Assembly (NCBI GenBank): GCA_043228905.1
Contig: JBHGNT010000015.1
Span: 930,001-994,000, forward strand
Origin: Azolla caroliniana
Lineage: Eukaryota; Plantae; Polypodiophyta
Direction of reading: 5' to 3'
DNA: 64,000 nt
The translations under genes were made by a program, and so were the position numbers. Shown here in pieces: positions 37,301 through 51,148 of this stretch; the stretch's first letter is position 1, and every line of letters starts with the position of its first letter. A model generated the notes under the pieces. That model worked only from the letters and a program-made list of their open reading frames with translations, was not told the origin of the DNA and did not search any database.

Positions 37301-40300
37301 ATATAAAGCTGTTTAGAGGCAGATGACTCATCCAAATTCTTATGAGAATTTTCCCCCATTTATGGAGAATAGATTGGCTCAAACTGAACGTTCTATCATC
37401 TGCATTTTAGGTATCTTAAAGTTGATGCTTTTGTTTAAAGTTTTGAATTTGTAAAATCCATGTTAGTTTCAGATTTTACAATCATTGCTTTATGAGGCTT
37501 CCCCAATTTAGAGGTAGGAATCCATGCCATACAAGAGTCTGGTGGTGCAGATTTCGTTCACTATGAACCCTTTTTCTCCTGATCTCATTGTTAGGCATAT
37601 CAATCTTTTTAGTATGTTTGGAGACTTGTTTTTCTAGGTGCAGCTTCTATATGGCTTTCAAGTGTATATTATCTGTAGAAATATGTGTGGCTGTTCATTT
37701 CCTTAAAAGATCAACAGATATCAATGTATAAGCTATTTAAGTGTACGGCTGCTTAATGAGGTATTTGGCTTGCAAGAACATTTTGCTGCCTTACGGCGGT
37801 ATTTTTTGATGGAAAGAGGAGATTGGGCGGATTTGTTTATTACCATGCTTTACCATCACGTGAGGCCTTTCTCCGATGACTTTTTAGATTCAGAATTAAT
37901 AGGTTTACTTTTTAGATTCAGAATAAATAGATTCTTTTTCAGGTTTGGCATGCAGCTGGAATTCAGCAAAGGCAGCTTGAAGTTCAGAAATTGCTAGAAG
38001 CTGCTATCCAGAATTCTTCTTGTGAACAGGACAAATATGCAGAACGGCTGCATATTTATATTGACATGCAATCAGAAGATGTGCATCTTCTGATGGATAT
38101 CAATGAACAAGCTCACCTCAATGTTAACAAAACTTGTGAGTTTCTGGTTTATTATGTTTATTGAGAGCGATTAAATAATTTAAAGTTCCTTTTGAATAAA
38201 AATACAAAAATAAGAGAGAGAAGATCAATGCACATTTTCTGAATTGTTGATGCTTCTAAATTAAGGCAAGTTATATCATCAAAACACAAGAATAGGTTCT
38301 CAAAAGCTTTGAAAATGCATTTCTAATTCTTGACCTTCGTCATGGTATTGGTTTGAAATACATGAAAACTGCTAGCACAAAAATTGAAAAAGTATGGCTG
38401 GTTTTCTCAGATGTTGAACTAAAATTTTAATCAACAACATATCAGCATTAGATCATTGCTAATACTACTTGATTTTCTCTATGCTAAATCACACTATCCC
38501 CCTCCCCTCCCCCCACCAATATTTCTGTCTGTGTTTCTTGCTTAAGTTCTGCATCTAATAACCTCAATCCATTTGGCAGCTGTTTCAGCATTTGATTTCA
38601 TAAAACTTGGATACAATGTCGAGTGGCCTGTTAATTTGATTATCACGCCAGAATCTTTCACGATATACAACTCAATATTCAGTTTCCTGATTCGTGCAAA
38701 ACTGGCAGTTCATGCACTTCAGGATATATGGCAGTTAATGAAGGTGAATGCTTCAGAAATCTGGCATCTTAGTTTAGTAATGGAATTTGGAGTTAAAAGT
38801 TCTGGTTAGTATGTTTGGTTAATGCTGAAGAAATCATTGTTGATACTTGGGACAGTACAAAAGTCTACAGTCTTGTCATATGAAAAGTATCCAAGTAATA
38901 AATGTACAGTTGGATGGTTTCCAACTTCTATGTCTTTTGAGTCCTATTTCATGTTTAGCTCGTTATGCAGCCCTGACTAGTCTCTGAGAGTATCATTGTG
39001 AAGTGTACAATTGGCTTGTACCTCCGAAGCAGTAGGCTCTATGCTTGATAACCTTCTTTTGATTTTATCTCTTGCATTTTGTAATATAGCTCAGATTGTT
39101 TCCATTCTTGTATCCTGAAGTGATAGCCTCTGTGCTGATTTGCCTTTTTTCAACTTTCTCTTGAATTTTAGAACATATCTTGCTTTTTTTTGCCATCCAC
39201 CATCACAGTTTGGATCATTATTTCTGCATAGTTCAACTATTTTATGCTACATCTCTTGCAAGTTTGATATATTGTATGGGTTGGATAATTTCTATGCTGA
39301 TGGATTTTTATATTCTAAATAAACAGGGTATGTCTGGTATGTTTGGAAAAGAGAACATTCAAATAAATCAAACTTTGATCCTGTTGAGGTGAGGGTCTTG
39401 ATGTGGAGATTGTTATGAAAGCTTGTACTTCTCGGAAGCAGGAACATTCTAGGCTTGTTTTAATCTGTCTTACTGTGTACAACATAGCTTCTTATGCATG
39501 CAAATGGATTACAAGTTGGAACTATTTTGATGTTAGAACAATTTATTTAACAGGCAAAATATGTCTCACTTCATGATGACTTTTCAAGGCTACATAGAAT
39601 CGCAGCTGTTACACAATGTTTGGAGCAAGTTTCTCCAAGCACTGCGTGAAGAGGTTATTTCGTACTTACGAATTGCTTACATAATCTGAGGAAATTCATT
39701 AAATCTGTTATTGAAAGTGTAAACTGTAAGAAAACTGTTTCACAGTGAAAGCTTTTGTATGAAAACTGATTTAGAAAGAGTCCTTTGTATTTTAATGTTG
39801 TATCGAGACATGTGTGCATATAAAATATGAAGTGTAAATACACAGTTTGTAATGACAAGTAAATACCAAGTGTAAATGCATGTAAATACCAAATGAAGAA
39901 ATTAGCTCAGTTTGTAATCTGGTCAAGACCAGAATGCCACCTAGTAAAGCAGTGAGGTTCATGGATGTTTTGTGAAAAGATAGCTTATCACGAGTGTATG
40001 TGTCTTAGTTCATTAAGTTCAATCAACTCGCACATTCAAGTTCTTAAGCTTTTTTTGCAGGGACAAGATCTACAAAAGATGGAGCTCATGCATAATGTGT
40101 ATCTTCGAGATGCATTACATGTGTAAGTAAGAAATATTTTAATTTTTTTCATCTGAACATCGTTAGTCTTTCTGTTATATCTCCACCTTTTTTCAGATGC
40201 TTCCTGTCGGATGAGATGGAGTCAGTTAAATCATCCATTGATAACGTCATGCAGTGTCTGCTAGATTTACGCTCTTGCTTATATTATTTGGGTATCCGAG

Positions 40301-40566
40301 GGGATGATGGGAGATCAGATACGCATGCTATGAAAGTGAAAGCAGCTGTATGTAATGCTCATTTGTGTTGAATGCCATTTATTCAAACAGCCATGGTTTC
40401 TCACTATTTATATTTTCAGGTCATCGAAGCTAAGAATCACTACGATTCATCAATTCAACAGCTTCATCATATTATTAAGAATAGTTGCAACCAACTGCCC
40501 TTCAGTTACTTGTGGACGCGGCTTGATTTCAATGGCTTTCTTGGAGATAACACAAAATTTCGTTGA
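31310..40566 (+). CDS. GCP6: Gamma-tubulin complex component 6 (Spc97/Spc98 family), about 14 exons
   Basis: Exons include 31310-31519, 32800-33618, 34628-34828, 34919-35281, 35670-35701, 35785-36960, 37718-37859 ... 40420-40566. Motifs: EAELVTKSLYALQG..DRSSHRLSNLWQRSAST, PYSLVNQAYA, FPKGADLLTFLY, CQPYLSFIQSWLY..DPYKEF, DIPLEVIVDNCIIQE, LQEHFAALRRYFLMERGDWAD, LGYNVEWPVNLI, LWTRLDFNGF. Confidence 0.9.
36961..37717 (+). other. Predicted U12-type (minor spliceosome) GT-AG intron in GCP6
   Basis: Donor GTATCCTA and branch-site-like TTCCTTAA at ~37699-37706, about 10 nt before the AG at 37716-37717. Splicing restores the reading frame (..LCQ/YQCISY..). Confidence 0.75.
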
Positions 40567-40762
40567 AAGAATTCTGTGGGATAAATGGATATATATATGG
40601 TGCTAGAAGAGTGTCACAATCACCATTTTTTGTCAGTAAATGCGGGTTGATTTCAATGGCTTTCTTGGAGATAACAACGAAATTTCGTTGAAAGAATTCT
40701 GTGGGATAAATGGATATATATATTTTTTGCCAGAAGAGTGTCACAATCACCATTTTTGTCAA
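40517..40762 (+). repeat. Tandem duplication (~124 bp) of the GCP6 terminal codons, stop and proximal 3'UTR
   Basis: GCGG.TTGATTTCAATGGCTTTCTTGGAGATAAC..TTTCGTTGAAAGAATTC..GAAGAGTGTCACAATCACCATTTTTGTCA occurs at ~40518 and ~40642. Confidence 0.92.
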
Positions 40763-41808
40763 CCAAAATTCCCCATTTCACCTCATTAATTATAAATTGT
40801 AAAATATTGTACAAAGACAGGCCAGAGTCTGAGCAAGATTTGATTTTTAAAGTTAATGTAAAGTCTATTGTTGCAGATCTATGTCCACCCTCCATTTTGC
40901 GTTACTTATTTCTTCCTCTCGGAGTCGCTCCTAAAGTATATATGCTCATGGTAACTTTTTTTGTGCCATTGATTTTTATAAACTGTCACTAGAGAGTATT
41001 CTCATATTATACCTGTGCTTAAGAAAATAGAAACTTCATAAAAAATTTAGAGATGAAGCTTGTTTCCTTCGCTTCTATTAGAAAGTCGTAATTAAATTCT
41101 GTAAAACTTTTAAACCTTATCAGATTAAATTGAGAATTCTAAAGGTACTTTTGCAACCATTTCTTTCATTGAGATAATTGTCAATTAACACACGTCAATT
41201 GGTGAGTGACAAGTAAATGTTAGACGTGTGTGCTTATGGCTTCAGTGTTTCACGTAAACAGATGATGGTAGGTCAAGTTCAGCCAGAATGTAAATACTTT
41301 TGAATGGAGGAATGGAAAAAGACAGTTAGCACTGCAGTAAAAGGGAACCGTTAGTGACTCAAAGGAAAATATATCAATTTCAAATTATTATCTTATATAA
41401 ATCCTTCCATCTTAACGAAGTCATCACATCTAGTCAAACAGTATTAACACAGATTTTTATTTAACCATGCAATACAGATACAACTGACATTGCAAACAAT
41501 GTCAACCATCCACAAAAAGAGCACAATGAGAACTTTCAAGCAATTGACTAATGCTCCAGCAAAGGAACGAAGTAATCGTCAGTTGCATCATGAGCAGTAC
41601 ATCCAAGTAATCATCAGTAAGACATCAACGCCTCCATAAAGAATTTGAAAATTGAAGGCCATGTCATGGAATGATGTCGCATATAGCTTATTCGCAAGCA
41701 GTTTAAAGTTTGTCCTTTGTAACTAAAAAGTGAAGCCACGATATTCCTACAAAAATAACCCCCCATGTCTACAGGAGAGGTTCCTTCCATCTATGGAATC
41801 TTAAAAGG

Positions 41809-44566
41809 TCAATCAGAAATCCGGAATTCGACTCCCAACAGATCCTTCATCACTTCATAAGTCACAAATGCCAAGGCAATTGAAGGAACCACCTGTAGAT
41901 ACAACATAGCATTTGCATATCAATAATATGGAAAACATCTTAAAACATATACATTAGAGAGGATACTGTCACAAGGATATTATATCTAACCTTGACAGAG
42001 TTTGGCAGCAAGCCTTTGTATAAAGCACCAAAACCTTCATTTCTAACTGTCTGTCTGAAAGCATCAATCATCCCAGAGTACTGAACTGGTGCCTGATACT
42101 GACCATCAGCAGTTATAACAGAAGATGCACCCTTCCATCCTCCCATCTGCATCCTTCTGCGGATTACATCCAATGGATATGCCACAGTTTGACCAACGGT
42201 ACCTGCTGCAGCTCCACACCCTAGCTTAGTCAGGACGCTCAAGTCAGAGTTTTCTTCAGGCCTGGCAACCAAATTTTTCTTAACCAACCAGTCTTTGAGA
42301 GACTCATACACTGCAAAGTTTAAACCAACATATGGGATCTGTGCAAAATCACAAATTAGTCGCAATGCTTGGCAGTTAATCAATTCTCAAGAAGTTGAGA
42401 CCAAAACCAAAATCAAAACCAAGTTACTACTTTCAACTCAACTGCAATTAATAAACTGTACAGATAGTGAGATCAAACTTGAAAACCAAGGTACTACTTT
42501 CAACTTAGTTTCACATTATGTATGGAGTTCAGTGGATACTAAAAACCGCAAATAGAGTGACGATACTTTGAATCAGTTAACTTACTATCTCCAGAATGTA
42601 TTAGACCCAAACAAACTCACCACTCCAATAACAGAAGGAAGCCAGCCTTTATATACAGCTCTAGGTCCTTCCTCCTTGATGATGGTTGCTCCTGCATGAA
42701 ACATGCCACGGTAGCGCATAGGTGTATCTTCCGTCTGTAAAACAATCAAGTTGGTTAAGCAACAAAGACAATTGCATATATATTATGTTCCACACACAAC
42801 TCCTACCTGTACAGTAATCCTTCCCCGCACCATGTCCATAGGGTAAGTAGCAGACATTGCAATTATCCCAGCACATGCACCAGCACCAAGTCGGAGTAAA
42901 GGAGTAAGCTCAGCATCCTCTGCATTCAGCACAAGAATAATAGAAACCCTTTGAGATGCACGAAGATTGATAAAGTTCAAACTGAAAAATGTATGCAATG
43001 AATTAAGCATCCTGATCAATCCATGTGATGAATACCTTGTCCAGTTTGCTTTTTGTAGAACCATAGTATTGCACTGCAAGAAAGTAGAAACAAGAAAAAA
43101 AGTTCAACTATGGAATCCAAAACCAATAATCTATCATCTGCCATGAACTGGACATGCTAAACACATCTGAATAATCACCAAGCAATTCATCTACTCCTGT
43201 CATATATCTTTTCAACAACTCTCTCCAATGCAGAATAAACTTGAACACAGCTAATTAACTGACAGATGATCCTTACTCATCAAATCATCAGACAACAGAT
43301 GTTTACACGAATAGTACATACAATATTTAGCCATAAATAACGAGAATTTCTTTAGTGAAATGCAAACATGTTAAAAAGCACCTTGAGGCCTGTTCGTAGC
43401 TGTAGAACTTTACAGCAGAATTGGGAACAATACGAGCACAATTTGCACCATTGCCTTTGAAGAAACCGGCTATGCCTTCATTTGCCCAGATATATTTCAA
43501 ACCTTGAGCCATTCCATTATATTTAGGTTTCAAGGGATTTTGAACCTGCAAGAAGAGTAAAGTCAGAGGAAGCAAACATATATGTTTGTCACTCGGCATT
43601 CTCAAAGTGGTGGTGAATTAGGCAAAACGTGGGAGTCATTCTTTAACCTATCATTTCAAACCATTACCACTGCCAATTGAAATGAATTAAGAAGAGGTAA
43701 TTTACTTGAAGTAGGATCTTCAAACGTTCAAGTGGAGCAACAGCAGTACGAGACCTGAATTGCATCATCAACCAACATCAGAAACACTGATGATGGAGCA
43801 GTGTTATTTGCAAAAATTATGGAGTCTGGATATGAACAGATTTGTTTGCAAAGAGAAGTACCAACTCCATACCAATAGCACAGAAGGCTCACTACACTTT
43901 ATCAAGATTCTGTGGATCATTTTCTCTCATGTATTAACAGGTTCAATTCATCTGATTTATCAGGTCAATATCTGAATTCATTCGAACCTACAGTCCTGCT
44001 TATAAAAGCTCTTTCGACATTTACAATCCACCAGAAAACCTACAAACTTTCGTCGGGAAGGCTAAGTAATTTCACTCTACCAAAGTGAGGCAGTAGATGC
44101 ATGATGAATATATATGTTGAAGTATGGCAATTTAATCTAATGACTGTGTGTGTTTTGAAAACCAAAATACATCAATACAGCTGACTTCCGTATGTATTTT
44201 CCTATCACTCTATGCAATCCAACATACATATGTACAACAGTTAGGGAATCCATTAACAACATGATGCATATGCATATACGCATGTTTTTAGGAAAACGGA
44301 AAGGAAAATTTGAGCACTTACACTCCTCCGGCTACACCTCCAGCGATGAGAGACTTGCAGACAGACAACGCATTGTTGCTTGGTGCCTTGACTTCTGCTG
44401 TGGCAAGCTTCGCCTCCTCAGCAAGGGAGGCCAGAGGAGAAACCTCGCCATTCACATACAGAGGTGATCTTTGACAAAAAGCAACGTTTCCATGGCCCAC
44501 CGAGTCCCCTGCTTTCTCGTTCTGCACCCTGGATGGAGTAGCTTCTTCGTCGTTTCGAGAAACCAT
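41809..44566 (-). CDS. ADNT1: Mitochondrial adenine nucleotide transporter ADNT1-like (mitochondrial carrier family), multi-exon
   Basis: LAEEAK..VKAPSNNALSVCKSLIAGGVAGGV/SRTAVAPLERLKILLQ/VQNP..FKGNGANCARIVPNSAVKFYSYEQAS, RLGAGACAGIIAMSATYPMDMVRGRITVQ, PYVGLNFAVYESLK, GQTVAYPLDVIRRRMQ, ending GVEFRISD*. Three PxD/ExxK/R carrier signatures are present. Confidence 0.94.
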
Positions 44567-45269
44567 GGAGTGGAGATAAGGGAAAGGGAGAGGGGTGGGT
44601 GGACAGATAAATAGATAGATAGATACGCCTGCAAAACAAGATATTACCGTAACAAAGAGCGAGAACGAGAATTTAGCCGAGAGAATGAGAAGAGAGAGAA
44701 ATATATATATAAAAACAAAACCAGCGGATTCGCTGCAGAAAAGAAAAGTACCGAGGCAAGGGAAGCGAGCGCAGGTAGCCGAAGGTGCTGAGATGATAAG
44801 GTCAAAGGAGAAGGAGATGGAGATGGAGATGGAGAAGGCGATGGGGAGAACTGTCAAGCATCCATGGATGGAGAGAAGATGGAAGAAGATGGAATGAGAG
44901 AGATGGAGAGAGAAGGGCGCCGCTTCTTCTGCAGCCTTTCTCCTCACTCGCTCGCTCTCTCTCCCTCTCTCTCTCTCTCTCTGTGTTCTGTGTAATTCGT
45001 TCTGTCTCTGTGTATATATGTCTTTTCCTTCTCTATTTCCTTTTCCTTTTGTTCTCTTTCCTCTCGATCACTCCTACTACTACTACTACTGTAACTAGGG
45101 TTTTATTAACAGACCATTTATTATATTGTTATTGTTTTATGTTGTTAGAGAGGAGGGGGCGTCGATTGATTGGGAAGAAGAAGACTCTCTCCTCTCCATA
45201 ACAATTCTGATGAATGGAATGAATGACTCGCGACTATTGGCCACCCACCCATCCATTCATCCCATATGA

Positions 45270-46540
45270 CTTTTTCGCCCATGCCACGCCATCTCACGTA
45301 TATGTATGCCATGCCACGTATATACATATGTATATGCATGCCATGCCATGCTACATGTATATATATGTATGTCCTGCCATGCCACGCATATGTCTATATG
45401 CCATGCCATCCTACATGTATATATATAATAATATATATATATATATGCACATCATGCCATGCCATGCCATCCTACATGTATATATATAATAATATATATA
45501 TATATATGCACATCATGCCATGCCATGCCATCCTACATGTATATATATAATAATATGTATATGTATGTCATGACATGCCATGCTACATGTATATATATAT
45601 GCCATCACATGCTACACGTATATATATACATATATATATGCCATGTCGTTCTATGCATGTATCCCATCCCATGTTAAGTGTATATGTATGTAATGCCATG
45701 TATGTGTCTTTGTGTGTATGTGTAAGTGTAAGTGTAGGTGTGTGTTTACATGTACATGTATGTATATGTGTATGTGTATGCCATGTACGTGTACTTGTAT
45801 ATCTATGTCTATGTGTACGTGGATGTGTATGTGTATTTGTATGCCATGTATGTGTATGTATACGTGTAACATGTGTATTTGTATGCCATAGATGTGTATG
45901 TGTAAGTGTAGGTGTATGTTTACATGTACATGTATGTGTATGTGTACGTGTAACATGTGTATTTGTATTTGTATTTGTATTTGTATGGCATAGATGTGCA
46001 TGTGTAAGTGTAAGTGTAGGTGTATGTTTACATGTACATGTATGTGTATGTGTACGTGTAACATGTGTATTTGTATTTGTATTTGTATGCCATAGATGTG
46101 TACGTGTACGTGTAAGTGTAGGTGTATGTTTACATGTACATGTATGTGTATGTGTATGTGTATGTATGTGTGCATGCACATGTACATGTGTGTATATGTG
46201 TATGTGTACATGTACATGTACGTGTATATGCGTGTCTATGTCTAAGTCTCACGCATGTTTGTGTAACTATATGTATTTACACATGCATGCACACACATAT
46301 ATGTTTTTTGTATGCATGCATGTTGTGTTATGTGTGTTACGTATTATGCATAGTACGTATGTAGGTATTGTATTATGTATGTACGTGTCTATGCATACCG
46401 TTGGGTCACTAATTGTATCGTATGCATGCCTCCTTTGTCCTACATCTTTCTATTAGTGATCACATCGATGACCTTTTGTATGCCATGGCCCCACACACAT
46501 GTATGTACGTACATATGTATAGTATGTACAATGTGTTCCC
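45270..46540. repeat. Long compound purine-pyrimidine low-complexity tract (ATGT/GTAT/ATGCC units with higher-order duplications)
   Basis: About 1.3 kb built almost entirely of TGTATG, ACATGT, TATA and CCATG units, with repeated blocks of roughly 60-110 bp. Confidence 0.9.
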
Positions 46541-48861
46541 TTTTTTTCATAGTGTTCTTATTAGTTCATATTACCACAACTCCCACCCATTAGAATGTTG
46601 GTCTCTTTTATTATAAATAAGAACTTTAGTGAGAGTGATTCGCCAATAACTGCTTGGATTGGGCTTTCGCTGTACGCATGTAATTGTTCTTCCGTCACTT
46701 GGATTCACATGCAATTAATTCACCTCGAGGTAATAATTAACTATCCATCTTCACTACATCCAAATTGGTGGCCCTTCCAATTTGCTACATATGCATCCAT
46801 TGTATCGTATTGTATCATATGCCATGCATGTATCATTGCCCTCCGTCTCTTCCTTTTCATGCTAAATACTTACTTATGACTTGCAACAATTCTCACCCTT
46901 GCTAGTGACCTCTTTGAATATCACATATACATAGACTTGCATCATTGGCCTTCCACATTGTGCTTTGACTAGTGTTCATTAGTTCATCATACTGACAAAA
47001 GTACTTTTCCAAAAAGACTTTCCACTTATTCTTCTTCCATTTCTATATTTCCTTTTTATGCCTTTTTATAGAAATTTAGGCTAAGTTTTTAATTGTTGTG
47101 TAAAATGGATTTGCATTTGCAATCAACATAGCTAACTTGCAAGCTACAAGGCATCAATACATGATCTTGGGTTCAAAACATGAATTTCACATACATCACA
47201 ATCTCCAAACAGTTCACACTACCAAATGGATTATGGCATGAGACATTTTTCCTCTCTCAATTCTTTTGACGTCAACCTTCCATTAAGTTATGTTCAGTCT
47301 ATCTTCATCATTGGTTCACTTCAATCTTTGACATTGGTTACTTCCAATTTGAACTTTTCATGCCCTACGTAATTACAGTCAATTTGACATTATCTTTGTT
47401 GATATAGATGATTTACATGTAAGTCAAGCATATCTAATATTTTTAAATATATCAACACTTTCATTATCAAAGTTTTGTCATCATTATCATCATGTTGATG
47501 TCTTCCATCATAACGATCTTCCGTTTCTTCAAATTATCATATAAAGATTTTCATTGCCATTCCCATCAATTTCATCAAGTTTTTTTTTTGTGGTTGTCTT
47601 ATTTTTCTTATAATAATTGTATTTCTATATCTTTACCAAATTTTTGTGGTCTTTGACAGAATTGGCCCCAATAAATTCATGAGCAATCAATTGAGCCTAC
47701 TCCCCAATATCCTCTAAAAAGTCCCTCGTAAATAATGTTTAAAAGGTTAGGCTCTCTCTGAGGCTTGGTAGCATTACTAGTTACTTAGGTTCTCTCTCTC
47801 ACCCACCCAATCTAGTATTCTTTTTGGACCTGATTACCAAAGCATTGGTTTTTTTATTTTATTGATGGAGCTTTGATACGCATCTTCGGGTCAAGAGCCG
47901 ATGGGAACATCAAACTACCAATATGTATGAAAGCCTTCACACCCTAGGTGAAACAACACAATTATCAAGGGCCAAACACTCTGAAGCTACATAAACTGTT
48001 ACAAGATCATTGGCGTTACGTAGAAGCATTCCTCCTGCATAAGGACCTAGGACACATGTCTTTATGTACCAATCCCCGTTCCCACACAACTTGTGTTGTT
48101 TGTCCATACTTACACCTACGAACATCTCAAGGTCGTGTCAACATATTCTTGTGATGGGCACAACATTAAGGATCAATTTCTAGATCTATTTTTTATGGTT
48201 TAAGGGTAGTGGGAAACTAGTTATCCTAGGACTTGGGACACTCCTTACAATTGCCTATAACACACTCCCCATTTCCAAAACATTGCAAGAGAATTCTACT
48301 TCTACCAATTGGCATCACCCAAAATTAGATCCAACCATTTAATTTTGGATCCTTGGATTTGTTTAGATATCAAATGTTTGGTTTGAAGATTGTTTTTGTT
48401 TTCTAGAAAATGAGGTTATTGTGTTTTCATAAGAACGAATAAGTCCTTTAGGTGACTAACATGAAAAACAAGATGAATTTTGACACCATCGGTCCATCTT
48501 GAAGATCGAGAAGATAGTCGGATAAACCAATATGCTTCAAGATTTTGAAATGTGGATGTACATGCTAGAAGACTTTTGTACTAGAGTTAAGAACACAAGG
48601 ATACCTAATATGATTGCCACAAAATATGCTCTATCTTAAACTATCTTAATATTATCTTGTGCAACATGCAACATTTCTTGCATATTCATGAGAAAATTGT
48701 GTACTCTTTAATTCTACGAGGAAGGCCTAGATCCCAATGCAGCAAAACAAGTCAAATAAGAATATTCTGAGACATGTTACAATTGACAGCAATAACTGAT
48801 CAGTTTTGAACTTTGATTTGTGCATACAACTTCACATATAAAGGGGTTAAGATTGGAGTAC

Positions 48862-50929
48862 TTTTGCAGCAGCACGTATCATTGCTGGTCCACCAATATC
48901 AATATTCTCCACACCATCCTCGAAAGATACCATGCTTGATGCAGTGACAGATTCGTAAAATGGATATAGAATCGAGATTCACCTCCACAATGTCAATTGC
49001 ACCTAGGTTAAGAGGAAGAGTCAAAAAAAGATGAAATTTAATTGTAGATGGAAACAATACATTAAACATTCATACATATTTGAATTGTCCTCATGGTGAC
49101 ATATTAAATCTTTGCCAGCATTCCTTGACAGAATTATATCTAGAGATGATTTAAAATCGAATTTGGTTAGCTCATTCAGGCTCACCTATATTCCATTTCT
49201 TTAAAGCTTCCACATGTTCATCAATATCTCTTCTTGCAAGGATGCCTCCATGCACATTAGGATGCAATGTCTTCACACGACCATCAAGCTGATAATAAGA
49301 GTTGAAAACAAGAATGGTTACCTCATATTGTGGGTTCAGGAAATGATCTTTAAAACTACGTGATTTATGTATGTTTCTTGAAATGAGAACCAACAGATAA
49401 CATTGCAATAGAAACGGTTAATGACTGCAAATACTTTAAAGAATGAAAAAACATTAGCTAGCAGTTTGTGGCCATTTGAAAAAGAGTTGCATGACATATA
49501 AATACAGTGGGAAGTGCAAACTTCTCATATTATTACAGTTATTCGATGCCATAAAATGAGGTGCTTGGTGTGCTAGATTCCTGATTTGTTGCATAGTGTG
49601 TAGTACATACATTAATAATCCATTACTTCTTTTCTTACACATCATTTCAGGAAATGCCATAAGCTCCTCCACTTTCTTTTACAGAAATGCCAGCTTTTTC
49701 TAGAGCAACTGCTGTACCTCCAGTGGACACAATGGTATAACTGTGAAATGATCCACATTAATAGGAAACTTTTTAGGGTTTTTTGAGATTCATCTCCTTT
49801 GCTTACCCGAGCTCAACCAAACTCCTTCCCAGAAATTCAATATTAGTTTTGTTTGACAGTGAAAACAGTGCTTGCTTCGATGCTGTTACAGTAAGGATAG
49901 GGTTTAGACTATATACATTGCATGCCATTCCACCTAGAGAAGAGAAGCTTTGAATACAACGTTATGACTTCAGACCAAGATTAATAGAACAATCTTGCAT
50001 TCTATCTCTGCAGATAATGCATATAAAAGTTCTACCTAGAGGAAAAGTGAGGAATTTAATCAATCTGCTGAGTACTCATTTGCAACCTGGAAAAGGTGGT
50101 TACATTATCAAAACAAACTGTGCCTCAAGGCTAATGTTTCTACGTAGACAATACTCTGAACATCAATTTGACATGAATGGAAACGGGCATTGTGTTTTAT
50201 CTCTGTGTACAATGGTATTGGATGGTACATCATCAAATACCAACCTAAGAAAAGTTGCCTACCAAATGGAAAATTTTTAAGGACACTCTCAAATGAAATT
50301 TGTGAATTAGATATGCACTCAGCATCACATTAAGATATATCAAAGGTTTCATTGCCCTTTCATCTATGTGAAGAATGGTATGCCAAAGTTCCAGCTAGAA
50401 CCAGAACCAACAACAATAGGTATGCAAACGAGCCAAATCATTGAACTTTCAAGCTTGGTGCTGGTGAATTCCACCATTCTATAGAAAATTAAAAAAATCA
50501 AGCAAGAAGAAACACAGAAATAGCAAGAAATTGAAAACAAATTTTGAACTTTGAAATGTGATAAAGTCAAACATTTGAGGACTATTTGTGAGAAAATGAA
50601 CCATTCTGTTGAGTAATGGAAAGAAACTTTTTTTCATGAGGAACTGGAAAGAGAAAATGAACGAAATGAACCTTAAAGCTTGATATTCAAAGAAAATGTA
50701 ATGATTCTAAGAAGCATAGACCAGAGAAAGGAGAAAGGGAGAGAACGGTTGTAAATTTATAGAAAAAATGGAGCTGTAGGTTGTGGTACAGGCGGATGCA
50801 AAGAAAGCAACTGGGAGAGAATGCAGAAAATGAAGTAAATGTCAATTGTTAGGAAGTTGAGACCTGGAAGAGACGATTCCTCCCATTGCAAAGAAGATGG
50901 GGTTTGTGCTGTGTTGGAGGAAGTCATGG
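48862..50929 (-). pseudogene. purH: Truncated bifunctional purine biosynthesis protein purH (AICARFT/IMPCHase) pseudogene; only the IMP cyclohydrolase exons
   Basis: Exons ~50929-50864, 49882-49807 (KQALFSLSNK..LVELG), 49740-49643 (YTIVSTGGTA..FPEM), 49288-49187 ([21 protein letters not shown]) and 49002-48862 ([23 protein letters not shown]). Lesions: splice donor reads AT at 49642, a 7-nt frameshifting insertion at 48968-48974, and no recognisable downstream AICARFT exons. Confidence 0.85.
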
Positions 50930-51148
50930 CAAGGTGGAGAGGCCTAGATGTAGAGAAGTGAAGATAGAATGACAGTTTTCTGAAATATCTGAAGGCAGAG
51001 ATATAGAAACTAAAAACGATTATGGGGTCTAACACATAGGAGACATCAAAGAAAACAGATGCAGTTCTGCAAAACAAAAGCCCACTGCTTAACAAAATGT
51101 ACAAGGTATTAGCGCACACAAGAGAATGCACAAGGTAGGATTTAGATA

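Noticed and set aside
45575-46456. ORFs of 293, 198 and 188 aa rich in Cys-Val or His-Thr
   Set aside because: They are translation artefacts of the TG/TA low-complexity tract.
48862-49882. purH as a bacterial horizontal transfer or a functional stand-alone IMP cyclohydrolase
   Set aside because: It has spliceosomal introns like plant purH, plus a lost splice donor and a frameshift, so it is a host-derived pseudogene.
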